A DNA stretch of 64,000 bases from Chlorobiota bacterium (GTDB lineage: Bacteria > Bacteroidota > Ignavibacteria > Kapaibacteriales > NICIL-2). The notes under the pieces were generated by a model. It made no database searches. It saw nothing but the letters and a program-made list of their open reading frames with translations, and had not been told where the DNA came from. Each line of letters begins with the position of its first letter. Position 1 is the stretch's first letter. The DNA is taken from positions 545,653-609,652 of the forward strand of contig JBGAVD010000002.1 in assembly GCA_044228285.1 (NCBI GenBank). The letters are read 5' to 3'. This document shows positions 55,009-64,000 of the stretch, piece by piece. Position numbers and translations under genes: made by a program.

Positions 55009-57621
55009 TCATTGCTTTACGAATCGACAGTGTATAATCTGTTGATCGCGGGTTCTAATCACGCAACTGTAGCATCCGGGAGGGTAGCTTTGCGTGTCAA
55101 TTCGTAGGTCAGCCTCTTGCAAAGGACTCTGGACGTTGTCGCGTGAATACAGAAGCTCTCCGAAACTGCTGAACACTTTGAGCTCGTCAATATGAGAAGT
55201 GCCTGCGGCATAGCGTAGGTGTACGCGCGCGCTGCATGGGTTTGGGGAGGCAAGAAGAGCTGTGTCTTCATAGACATTCTCGCTGACAGGTGAGGCTAGT
55301 TGATCTGACCACACGGCAATATTTGTACAAACAATATCACCAGCTCGTGTAAATACACCTGAACAAAAGACACTGTCATGAAAGACGAAAACTTGTTTCA
55401 CTTCACCGTTGATCCCGTCACCGAGATTCGTCCAACGCTTGGTCTTTGCATTCCACGCTGCAATGTTACTCGCCGCTACATCACCGATTGCGGAGAACGA
55501 TCCGGCTACGATGAGTCGATCATTGACCCAGGCCATTGAATTGATATAACCATCTCCAACTATCCCGCCGTCCAAATCCGTCCATTGACTTCCATCCCAT
55601 CGTGCGACACTATTGACCACTTTCGCGCCACGAGTATGGAAGCTGCCTGCAATGTAAACATCACTCTCATGGACCACTACACATGAAACGCTGCCGATAC
55701 TGTCTCGAGTGTCAACGCCGATTCCTTTCCAGCTCACGCCGTCCCATTGCGCAAGACCAGAGCACCGTATGGTGTCGGACACGTGCTTAAACGTGCCTGC
55801 TGCGAATACAGTGTTGTTCGGACCTTCTGCGATGTCATAGACAACTGGTTCATACTTGGAAGAATATGGCTTCATTCCACCAGCTAACGACAACCACTCG
55901 CCGTTAGACCACTTGCAGATACTGTTTACAGCTTTTGTTCCGGCGTTGATGAACGCTCCTCCAACATACAGGCTGTTGCCAATCACTTTCATGCACTTGA
56001 CCTGAGAATTGTAATTCGTTCCCACAGCTTGTGTGACTCCTCCATTGAAACTGGTACTAATCTGTCTGTCATACTGGAGAATGTTCTCAACTTTTGTAGA
56101 GTCGACGACTTCAAAGTTGCCTCCGATCAGCATCTTTGATTGAAATATAACCCCACAATTCAAGTAGCTTATAAGATAGATTTTTGGTCCAAGTAATTTG
56201 CCTTTGATGTTTGAGTAGAAACCCGGTCCACAAGCCAACCATCGTTCCTCCTTAGCCCCCGCCCACTTTGCCACACCGTTGGCCGCTACATCCCCTGCAC
56301 TCAAAAAAGTACCTGCAAGGAAAAGGGTATCAGCATCACTGAAGAAGAAACTTGAGGTGGCGCTCAGCAGGCGGTCTGAAGGTGTGCCGAAACTGGTGGA
56401 TTTGTTTAGATCGCGGAATCTTCTCGACTTTATGTCGTAGAGACTAAGGTTAGCGATTGGCTGACTTCCAACTGTAGTATAGCGTCCACTAATGAGGATG
56501 GTACTGTCGTCAGCGACAATACAACCATAGCCCGGACCTAAGCCATTGTTTGCAAAAAGACTATCAACGAGTATCCACTGTCTTGCAGCCAGGTCATAAT
56601 ACTCTAATTGGAAAGAGGTTGTCTGAAGGTTAGAAGTCCGCCCAATACGAGTGAAGCCTCGCGGCCACGTTCCGTTGCGAGAATTAATAAGTCGTGATCC
56701 AGGATAACTCTCGTCAACACCTTGCCAACGCGAGCCATTAAACACCAGCGAGCGCGGACGAGATATCTCCGACGAGTCATCTCGAACAATTTTAAAAGAA
56801 CCTTCTAGAATGAGCAGGTTAGAGACTACGCTTAGTCCAGACACCGACACATCCCAGGCGTCGGAAGTGCAAATCACCAATTTGTTCGGCAGAGATGACC
56901 AGTGTGTTCCGTCCCAGAATGCAGCACGGATCAAGGTTGTATCGAGACCTACTGCATTAAAGTTACCACCCACCACAAGTTTGTTGTCGTACACACAAAG
57001 ACACTTTACTTGAGCTCCAAGCCCACTCACTCCATTGTCTGCACCTTTACCAACGGCTCTCCACACAGAGCCATTCCATCGACATATGTTGCGAACTGCA
57101 ACCGTGTCAGCAGATGTCAATGTGCCCCCAACATAGAGCTCATCTTTATACCAGCACAAACAACTCACGACACCTTTTAACCCAGTCTTCAGAGCGTACC
57201 ACTTTCGTTCGCGTATGTTCCATCGGGCAATATTCTGGGCTTCAATAGAGCCTGCACGCGTAAAGTATCCGCCAACATACAGGTCTTCATCATGAAAGAG
57301 TAACGCAGTAACGTATCCACTAACTCCGCCATCAAGGGTATCCCAAGTTTGAGTGAATCTATTGTAGACTGAAACTGATCTTCCAGCGCCAGAGAAACTC
57401 CCTCCAATCGCTATTAGTTCACCATTCAATGCTGCAGTCGTGACGGGAACATCCGAGCTCGAGCCGATTATACCCTTAACTGTCGAGATTGGACTCAGAT
57501 TCGTCATACCCAACTCAGCACACCAACCCTTGTTGGAATCAGCCCTCAAGTTAGAGCTGAATATTGCGCATACGCAGAGCAAGCTGGAGCAGAGAAGAAA
57601 CTGACAGAATTTCTGGTTCAT
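55009..57621 (-). CDS. Kelch-type beta-propeller repeat protein with T9SS C-terminal sorting domain (paralog A)
   Basis: Signal peptide MNQKFCQFLLCSSLLCVCAIFSS. Repeats AQNIARWNIRERKWYALKTG, VRNICRWNGSVWRAVGKG, VNSICKWSNGEWLSLAGG, VNSVARWDGSQWTDLDGG and others. C-terminal ...LLASPNPCSARVHLRY...CVIRTRDQQIIHCRFVKQ is CTD-like. Confidence 0.75.
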   Translation of the reverse strand: MNQKFCQFLLCSSLLCVCAIFSSNLRADSNKGWCAELGMTNLSPISTVKGIIGSSSDVPVTTAALNGELIAIGGSFSGAGRSVSVYNRFTQTWDTLDGGVSGYVTALLFHDEDLYVGGYFTRAGSIEAQNIARWNIRERKWYALKTGLKGVVSCLCWYKDELYVGGTLTSADTVAVRNICRWNGSVWRAVGKGADNGVSGLGAQVKCLCVYDNKLVVGGNFNAVGLDTTLIRAAFWDGTHWSSLPNKLVICTSDAWDVSVSGLSVVSNLLILEGSFKIVRDDSSEISRPRSLVFNGSRWQGVDESYPGSRLINSRNGTWPRGFTRIGRTSNLQTTSFQLEYYDLAARQWILVDSLFANNGLGPGYGCIVADDSTILISGRYTTVGSQPIANLSLYDIKSRRFRDLNKSTSFGTPSDRLLSATSSFFFSDADTLFLAGTFLSAGDVAANGVAKWAGAKEERWLACGPGFYSNIKGKLLGPKIYLISYLNCGVIFQSKMLIGGNFEVVDSTKVENILQYDRQISTSFNGGVTQAVGTNYNSQVKCMKVIGNSLYVGGAFINAGTKAVNSICKWSNGEWLSLAGGMKPYSSKYEPVVYDIAEGPNNTVFAAGTFKHVSDTIRCSGLAQWDGVSWKGIGVDTRDSIGSVSCVVVHESDVYIAGSFHTRGAKVVNSVARWDGSQWTDLDGGIVGDGYINSMAWVNDRLIVAGSFSAIGDVAASNIAAWNAKTKRWTNLGDGINGEVKQVFVFHDSVFCSGVFTRAGDIVCTNIAVWSDQLASPVSENVYEDTALLASPNPCSARVHLRYAAGTSHIDELKVFSSFGELLYSRDNVQSPLQEADLRIDTQSYPPGCYSCVIRTRDQQIIHCRFVKQ

Positions 57622-57802
57622 AAGAGATTTTCAATCTAAAATGTTATCCATCGCAGATGATGCGGTGCTTTCGTATCAATGTAACAAATGACACTTCGAT
57701 ACTTGGAATATCACCACCGCCAGCAAGGTGACAGACACTATTTTGCGATATACTTTCGGTTCCAATGAAACATTGTGTTTTTGAACTTGATATACATGAT
57801 CT

Positions 57803-58234
57803 ATGAGAACAATTTCTCGACCAATTTCGGTTGTGCCCTTGCTAGTCCTCAGCATCCTTTGCTTTGCTTTTACCTCTGTAAGCGCGCAAAGAAATGATTC
57901 ACTTGTCGGGAAGTACCGGATTGTAGTTCACGCTGGACCAAAAAGTCCGCCAGCTCCAACAATGTTCTGTATTCTCCAGAAGAATGGCCAGTACCTTTGG
58001 GGAGCGGATACTAAGGGCAAGGCGCAGCATCCGCAAGTCAATAGTGGTTCCTGGGTGTTCACGAAGGATCGAGAGATCAAGCTCGTCCCAGGTCCAATGT
58101 CCCCAATGAAGGAAACGCGCTACTTTGCGGAAACTTCTCAAGGTGTGTTTGTGTTTAAAAGTGTAGAGAAAGAGGGACGCAAAACGGCTGTGAAGAACAA
58201 AGAACTCGTGTTACAACTTGAACGAGTGCCGTAG
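57803..58234 (+). CDS. Small secreted hypothetical protein
   Basis: ATG start. Signal peptide PISVVPLLVLSILCFAFTSVSAQ. 143 aa with no recognisable motif. Confidence 0.45.
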   Translation: MRTISRPISVVPLLVLSILCFAFTSVSAQRNDSLVGKYRIVVHAGPKSPPAPTMFCILQKNGQYLWGADTKGKAQHPQVNSGSWVFTKDREIKLVPGPMSPMKETRYFAETSQGVFVFKSVEKEGRKTAVKNKELVLQLERVP

Positions 58235-58317
58235 GCATTCGCTCAAACAAACTGCAACACGAAGTTGTCGTTCTTTATCGTCCCACACACCAAGTCTCCA
58301 ACGCTTCATCAAGGCTT

Positions 58318-59232
58318 ATGCAGCGTGTGTACATCATCAATTCACGTGGTCGCAAGCATCCATACGTGCAATCGCTCGTGGATCAATCTCTGCGTCTCAG
58401 CCAAGCATCTGATCACTTTCAATATACAAAAGGTCCTGAGCACGCTGTAGACCTTGCGCAAGAAGCTACTGAACTCGGTGCAGACGAGATTATTGCTGTC
58501 GGTGGTGACGGCACTCTGCACGAAGTCGTGAATGGTATTATGCAAGCGCAGAAGGGAAGCGTGAGAATCAATTCTCCGAAAGTTGGTCTGCTCCCTCTGG
58601 GCAGTGGAAATGATGTCGCTCGTTTTTACGGCTTATCCTTAACGCCTGCCGGACTTCGCCGGCGCTCTCCTCAGGTGCAGGTAGTGACGATAGACCTCCT
58701 CGAAATCAGCTATAGATCAACGGAGGGATCAGCGCGCACTCGTTATTGTGTCAACGTTGCGGATGTTGGCTTGGGTGGACTTGTAGCAAAGCTCGTCACA
58801 CAACGCTCACGAGCCCTGAACGCAGATCTCCGTTACGCTCTTTCTGTAGCTGAAGGAATGCTGCGCTATCGTAAACAAGTAGTTCGTGTGAGCTATGACA
58901 ATGATCATTGGGAAGGTAAGGCGATGAGCATTTGCATGGCTAACTTTCCCTACTTCGGTAGTGGAATGGGCATTGCTCCTCACGCACATCCGAACGATTC
59001 GAAAGCCGCTATAACAGTTATTGGAGATGTGAGCCTATGGGACTACCTCCGTCAACTTCCTGACCTGCGTGCCTGTCGTTTTCTCAAACTTGAGCAGATA
59101 GTCTACAAGGAAGCGCAGACCTGCGCGATCGACAGCGAGTACAGCATTCCTTTGGAGATAGATGGTGAATGTGTCGGTAGCACACCTCTTAGCATGAAAG
59201 TGATCCCCTCAGCCATTCAACTCATAGTGTAA
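58318..59232 (+). CDS. Diacylglycerol-kinase-family lipid kinase (YegS/DagK-like)
   Basis: DAGK catalytic signature EIIAVGGDGTLHEVVNGI. ~300 aa, typical for YegS-type lipid kinases. Confidence 0.8.
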   Translation: MQRVYIINSRGRKHPYVQSLVDQSLRLSQASDHFQYTKGPEHAVDLAQEATELGADEIIAVGGDGTLHEVVNGIMQAQKGSVRINSPKVGLLPLGSGNDVARFYGLSLTPAGLRRRSPQVQVVTIDLLEISYRSTEGSARTRYCVNVADVGLGGLVAKLVTQRSRALNADLRYALSVAEGMLRYRKQVVRVSYDNDHWEGKAMSICMANFPYFGSGMGIAPHAHPNDSKAAITVIGDVSLWDYLRQLPDLRACRFLKLEQIVYKEAQTCAIDSEYSIPLEIDGECVGSTPLSMKVIPSAIQLIV

Positions 59233-59337
59233 TCGAGGTCTAAGTTCGTTCTAAAGACCTGAACTTCTAGTCGCTTGTTCGCGTTTGACGATAGTTAAGA
59301 ACTCTACGCTAGCTGCCAGTACAAAAACACCACTACG

Positions 59338-59370
59338 ACAAACAAAAAGAGCGGGGCATAGCCCCGCTCT
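59338..59370 (-). terminator. Rho-independent terminator downstream of gcvP
   Basis: Perfect 10-bp GC-rich stem AGAGCGGGGC-ata-GCCCCGCTCT at 59348–59370. On the minus strand it is followed by CTTTTTGTTTGT. ~70 bp past the gcvP stop. Confidence 0.65.
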
Positions 59371-59435
59371 TGATAATCTGTCGCGCTACAACCAACCTTT
59401 AGCTGAACTTCAAGCAATAAGGTAGTAGCTCTATC

Positions 59436-62312
59436 TTACATATAGTCAGTCGTTGGAGGGCAAGCACAGATCAAAGTGCGGTCACCAACAGTGTTGTTGA
59501 CACGACCAACGGTTGCCCAGAACTTGTTGCGTTGAACGTAAGGAAGAGGGAATGCCGCCTTTGAACGTGAGTAAGAGTGCGACCATTCGTCAGCACAAAT
59601 CACTGCTTGGGTGTGAGGTGCATTCTTCAAAACGTTATCCAACTTGTCGGCAAGACCTTGCTCAACCTCAGCTATTTCTTGTCGAATGCTAATCAATGCA
59701 TCACAGAAGCGATCAAGCTCAGCCAGCGGCTCTGATTCAGTTGGCTCGATCATCAAGGTGCCTGGAACAGGGAACGATACTGTTGGAGCGTGGAAACCAT
59801 AGTCCATCAAACGCTTTGCAACATCTTCGGCCTCAATACCAGCCGCCTTGTACTTGCGCAGATCCACTATCATTTCGTGAGCACAGAAACCATTGGTACC
59901 AGTGTACAACATGTCATAGTGCTTCTCTAATCGCGACTTGATATAGTTCGCATTGAGAATTGCATATCGTGTTGCCTCGCGTAGACCTTCGCCACCCATC
60001 ATGCAGATGTATGCATGTGAGATAAGCAGAATACTTGCGCTGCCCCAAGGAGCAGCACTAACTGCGTGTGTAGACAATTCGGATCCGATAGGAACGACTG
60101 CGTGACCGGGGAGGAACGGTGCGAGTTCTTTTGTTACACCGATAGGTCCCATGCCAGGACCACCACCACCGTGAGGAATACAGAAGGTCTTGTGTAGGTT
60201 CAAGTGACAAACGTCTGCACCAATCATACGCGGACTTGTCAGACCAACTTGTGCGTTCATATTTGCGCCATCCATATACACAAGTGCTCCGTGTTTATGG
60301 ATCAAGGCACAGATGTCTTGAATGTGTTCCTCAAACACGCCGTGTGTTGAAGGATAGGTCACCATGAGACATGACAACTCGTTCGAGTACTGCTCAGCCT
60401 TGCGCTGCAAATCTTCCATATCAATGTATCCACGAGCATCGCTCGCAACAACAACAACCTTCATGCCTGCCATGACGGCTGATGCAGGGTTTGTGCCATG
60501 CGCAGAAGCTGGAATAAGTGCGACGTTGCGATGTCCCTGACCATGGTGTTCGTGATAGGCTGAAATGACCAGAAGACCAGCATACTCACCTTGAGCACCA
60601 GCGTTTGGTTGCAATGACATTGCGTCAAAACCTGTGATCTCACAGAGAGCCTTTTCAAGTTCTTCGAAGACTTGAGTATAACCTTGGGCTTGAGTGCGTG
60701 GGGCAAAGGGATGCAAGGAACCAAACTCAGACCAGGTAACAGGAATCATCTCGGTTGTTGCATTGAGCTTCATGGTGCATGAGCCCAGCGCAATCATAGA
60801 GTGCACCATAGAAAGATCCTTGTTTTCCAGGCTCTTGAGATAACGAAGCATATCGGTTTCGCTGTGGTAGCGATGGAACACTGGATGCTGCAGATACGCT
60901 GATTGCCGCTGTTGCGCTACTGGGATAGCCGATTGCAACTCTGGCACTAACTGCGCCGCGGAGCTGGCAGTTGCATTCAGTGTCGATGCCATGACCGATA
61001 ATACTTCGTTGACGCAATCATCGTCACAACTTTCGTCCATCGACAAGCCAACTTGTCCATCTGCATCATAGCGTAGATTGATTCCCTTTGCTTCAAACGC
61101 AGATCTCAACTGGTCCTGCGTGATTGAAGCTGGCAGGCTAAAGCTCAAGGTATCAAAGAAGTGCTTGTTCACACTGCAGCCGAGTTTGCTAAGACCAAGC
61201 GCTACTGTGGCAGTCATATTGTGAACGCGCTGTGCTATGGCGCGAAGACCTTCTGGGCCATGGTATACGGCGTACATAGCTGCCATATTGGCGAGCAATG
61301 CTTGCGCTGTACAAATATTCGATGTTGCTTTATCGCGTTTGATGTGCTGCTCACGAGTTTGCAATGCCATGCGCAAAGCTGGGTTGCCTTGAGCATCGAC
61401 TGAAACGCCAATGATTCTTCCGGGCATGCTTCGCTTGAAGGCATCTTTTGTAGCAAAGAATGCCGCATGTGGTCCACCATAGCCCATTGGTACACCAAAT
61501 CGCTGCGCGGAACCTACTGCGATGTCAGCCCCAAACTCGCCAGGGGGAGTGAGGAGACAGAGAGACAGCAAATCACAGACAACACAAACAGTGATACTAT
61601 GACTGTGCGCTGCTTCGCAGAAGGAGCGATAGTCTTGAATTGTACCCTTCGCATCTGGATACTGCACAATAGCACCAAAGAAACTATCATCGAAGCTGAA
61701 GCTACTGTGATCTCCAAGAACGATCTCAACGCCAATAGCTTTGCAGCGGGTTCGAAGCACGTCGAGAGTTTGAATAAACACGGTGCTCGAAACAAAAAGC
61801 TTGTTCTGGTGATCTTTTGCCAATGAGTGCATGAGGTGCATCGCCTCCGCAGCAGCGGTCGCCTCGTCTAACAAAGAGGCATTGGCAATCTCCATACCTG
61901 TTAAGTCCATGACCATCGTCTGGAAATTTAAGAGTGACTCCAATCGACCTTGAGCGATCTCAGCTTGATACGGTGTGTATTGAGTATACCAACCTGGATT
62001 CTCTAATACGTTCCGAAGAATAACAGTAGGGGTTAAAGTGCCATAGTAACCAGAACCAATGAGAGAGCGGGTTTTGGCATTGAGAGCGGCTTTTTCACGA
62101 AGTGTTTGTAAGTACTCTGTTTCACCTTGGCCTACTGGCAACTGCAATGGACGTGGACTGCGAATGTTCGAAGGAATTGTTTTTTCAATGAGCTCGTCGA
62201 TGGACCCAAGGCCAATCTGCGAGAGCATTTTTTGAGTGTCGTTGGCGTTTGGGCCAATGTGACGTTGCACAAAACGGTCATGTCGAGGAAAAGACGAAAG
62301 GTGCTCGCTCAT
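59436..62312 (-). CDS. gcvP: Glycine dehydrogenase (decarboxylating), single-chain P-protein of the glycine cleavage system
   Basis: 958 aa, with colinear similarity to GcvP throughout (N-terminus [10 protein letters not shown]...; PLP-Lys region ...[25 protein letters not shown]). Confidence 0.95.
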   Translation of the reverse strand: MSEHLSSFPRHDRFVQRHIGPNANDTQKMLSQIGLGSIDELIEKTIPSNIRSPRPLQLPVGQGETEYLQTLREKAALNAKTRSLIGSGYYGTLTPTVILRNVLENPGWYTQYTPYQAEIAQGRLESLLNFQTMVMDLTGMEIANASLLDEATAAAEAMHLMHSLAKDHQNKLFVSSTVFIQTLDVLRTRCKAIGVEIVLGDHSSFSFDDSFFGAIVQYPDAKGTIQDYRSFCEAAHSHSITVCVVCDLLSLCLLTPPGEFGADIAVGSAQRFGVPMGYGGPHAAFFATKDAFKRSMPGRIIGVSVDAQGNPALRMALQTREQHIKRDKATSNICTAQALLANMAAMYAVYHGPEGLRAIAQRVHNMTATVALGLSKLGCSVNKHFFDTLSFSLPASITQDQLRSAFEAKGINLRYDADGQVGLSMDESCDDDCVNEVLSVMASTLNATASSAAQLVPELQSAIPVAQQRQSAYLQHPVFHRYHSETDMLRYLKSLENKDLSMVHSMIALGSCTMKLNATTEMIPVTWSEFGSLHPFAPRTQAQGYTQVFEELEKALCEITGFDAMSLQPNAGAQGEYAGLLVISAYHEHHGQGHRNVALIPASAHGTNPASAVMAGMKVVVVASDARGYIDMEDLQRKAEQYSNELSCLMVTYPSTHGVFEEHIQDICALIHKHGALVYMDGANMNAQVGLTSPRMIGADVCHLNLHKTFCIPHGGGGPGMGPIGVTKELAPFLPGHAVVPIGSELSTHAVSAAPWGSASILLISHAYICMMGGEGLREATRYAILNANYIKSRLEKHYDMLYTGTNGFCAHEMIVDLRKYKAAGIEAEDVAKRLMDYGFHAPTVSFPVPGTLMIEPTESEPLAELDRFCDALISIRQEIAEVEQGLADKLDNVLKNAPHTQAVICADEWSHSYSRSKAAFPLPYVQRNKFWATVGRVNNTVGDRTLICACPPTTDYM

Positions 62313-62673
62313 AGAGGTGATTCGTGTCAGGTAAATGAACAGATCTAGCTATTGTGTGAAGCTGGTTTGTGAACCAGAATACAAATTTACGAGGAAATGT
62401 AGCGTCAAGGAAGCGATGAGATCGAGGCTTCAAAGATAGATTTCCACAGTGCTAGGCTGTTGGCAGGGGTCTGCTCTGGGTCTCTATAAGCGACACTGCA
62501 AACTCAGAGACTGAGTAGCAAAGGAAGTTGGGAACAAACGCGGAGGCTTGAGAGCTGGATAGTTCCACTGCACTAGCTAAGCTTTAATAGGCAGTAGACT
62601 TAAGAATCTGCAAAGGCAGACAAATAGTTGACAAAGGCTGGCTATTGCTGGAGGTCTGGAAATGGCTGAAGCT

Positions 62674-62712
62674 GCGCCGCCCCAGGTTGGCTTGTCCAAC
62701 CTGGGGCGGCGC
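62674..62712. other. Perfect 17-bp GC-rich inverted repeat (GCGCCGCCCCAGGTTGG-cttgt-CCAACCTGGGGCGGCGC). A strong hairpin without a U-tract.
   Basis: Read directly. 40 bp downstream of the stop of the minus-strand T9SS gene and ~360 bp upstream of gcvP. Confidence 0.6.
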
Positions 62713-62751
62713 GAGAATCATCGACTCTTGGAGCCTAAGCGCTGAACTTGC

Positions 62752-64000
62752 TTAGCGAGTCACCTGTAGTCGTTTTGAGAATTGTAGACCACCGCTCGAG
62801 AGTACGCAGTGGTAGCTGCCGTTAGCGAGACTCGAAACGTCGAGTGTGGCTTCATAGATACCGCCATCGTGGTAGGTGTTGAAGACGGTAAGCACATCTC
62901 GGCCAAGTTCATCGTAAATTTTGAGGCAGATATCGCCCGGTGTTCCAACGCCATATTGAAATGCCACACTTTCCTTTACCACAGGATTCGGAACGACAGA
63001 GATGAGTTTGAAGTCGCTGAGACGGACCTGGATGCGTCGCAGAGAGGCGGCGCAGGTCACAATATTCACTTCTCCATTTGCCACTAGTCGTTCGGCGCAT
63101 GGAACGCTAAGACTTGGTAAGTCGAAACGCAACGTTGGCCGACTGAGTATGTCATTAGAGAGCATGGTGCGGAAGTACGGTGTGAACAGAATGCCCTCGG
63201 TGCCAACCAAGGATTTCAACGGAGTGGTTCCAATTGCGTGGAAAACTGCAACTCCGTTGGAGCTCGCCGCTTTATCGTAACTGAACTGCCAGGTGTTATC
63301 GCTCAGAGTACCAGGCACTATGACTTTTGCTGTATCATACACCATAAATCCTGGGGCATACTGAACTCTCACGTCAACTGCCCGAATGCGTAGTTCGGTC
63401 CAGTACTTAGAGATACCATGGACCGGGAATGCGAATGAAGAGTCGATGGTAACACTCGTTGAGTCAAGCTTGAAGAGTACGGGAAGCTGCGTTGTCGATG
63501 ACGATATAACGACAGAATCAATTCTACTCTTGTTCGCTGTCCACACCCTCAGTGTGATACTGAATGACCCGGGGTTGAGGGCTAAGATGCGAAGAGCAAA
63601 CTCCGGACTCAAAGCCGCTCCGGGCTGAAGTGTTGTCGGGAATCGTGAAGCATTCTCCGCCGCTAAGGCAACGAGATCAACATCTGCATTGTTTCTTCGT
63701 AAGACAGTTACACTGTCAACCTGGATCGCGATTTGTCCAAGGTTACGAATGCGTAAAAAGGTGTCGGTCGAGTCACAAGCAAGGAAAGGAGCAATGCTTC
63801 CAAGCTGAGTCACCGTAATGCTGTCACCGCAAGGCTGAACATCAACGGTCACTTTCGCGCTATCGATACATCCAGCTGCATTTGTGAGGATCACCGTGTA
63901 CGTTGTGGTTACACTCGGGCTTGCCGTTGGATTCTGAATGTCGCTGCGATCCAAACTTGATGCAGGACTCCAGCGGTAACTCAGTGCACTATTGGTGTGT
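62752..64000 (-). CDS. Secreted protein with T9SS C-terminal sorting domain, 3' portion. The gene continues past the window end.
   Basis: The frame is open through position 64000 (the apparent start at 63954 is TTG and the frame continues upstream). C-terminal ...KLISVVPNPVVKESVAFQY...GSYHCVLSSGGLQFSKRLQVTR is a T9SS CTD. Ser/Thr/Val-rich beta-rich body. Confidence 0.7.
   Translation of the reverse strand, partial: HTNSALSYRWSPASSLDRSDIQNPTASPSVTTTYTVILTNAAGCIDSAKVTVDVQPCGDSITVTQLGSIAPFLACDSTDTFLRIRNLGQIAIQVDSVTVLRRNNADVDLVALAAENASRFPTTLQPGAALSPEFALRILALNPGSFSITLRVWTANKSRIDSVVISSSTTQLPVLFKLDSTSVTIDSSFAFPVHGISKYWTELRIRAVDVRVQYAPGFMVYDTAKVIVPGTLSDNTWQFSYDKAASSNGVAVFHAIGTTPLKSLVGTEGILFTPYFRTMLSNDILSRPTLRFDLPSLSVPCAERLVANGEVNIVTCAASLRRIQVRLSDFKLISVVPNPVVKESVAFQYGVGTPGDICLKIYDELGRDVLTVFNTYHDGGIYEATLDVSSLANGSYHCVLSSGGLQFSKRLQVTR

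Noticed and set aside
1-64000. rRNA, tRNA, CRISPR, transposase or integrase
   Set aside because: I found no cloverleaf-like conserved tRNA boxes in the long spacers that I could verify by eye. I found no rRNA-like conserved stretches, no repeat-spacer arrays and no DDE or tyrosine-recombinase motifs. A tRNAscan or Infernal run would be needed to be certain.

Overview
The window looks like a chromosomal segment from an FCB-group bacterium (Bacteroidota, Ignavibacteriota or Chlorobiota-like). The main evidence is at least ten ORFs ending in a ~80-aa type-A T9SS C-terminal sorting domain. I call about 35 protein genes, roughly 80% coding. There are several unusually long non-coding stretches of 0.6–1.3 kb. 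I recognised no rRNA, tRNA, CRISPR, transposase or integrase.

Content from left to right:
- a 3' fragment of an S1-type serine protease and a lipoprotein
- a BNR-repeat T9SS cargo protein
- a 2152-aa giant two-tier repeat protein (YadA-head-like beta-roll) with a translationally coupled small T9SS-CTD partner
- an orphan helical protein inside a 1.3-kb gene desert that carries a (TTAACC)n microsatellite and a T10 tract upstream of a small OMP gene
- a large T9SS cargo protein
- an FAD monooxygenase with an N-terminal DnaJ-type zinc-finger extension
- a TPR adenylate cyclase
- a compact four-gene operon that I read as a candidate periplasmic thiosulfate/tetrathionate electron-transfer module: an octaheme c-type cytochrome, a split YeeE/TsuA-type sulfur transporter, a second YeeE-type half fused to a rhodanese-like domain, and a nine-heme c / dihaem b CbcL-like quinol oxidoreductase. 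An ArsR-family regulator with paired GTAAC-type inverted repeats is transcribed divergently from it.
- further right: two SRPBCC proteins, a GNAT, T9SS cargo proteins (one beta-helix), a small PstS-like protein plus porin, a TPR histidine kinase, a plant-type LRR protein, a TonB-receptor-like OMP, an Omp28-like T9SS protein, two tandem Kelch-propeller T9SS paralogs, a DagK/YegS lipid kinase, gcvP and a 3'-partial T9SS cargo gene.

All functional calls come from motif and architecture recognition by eye. No database searches were run.
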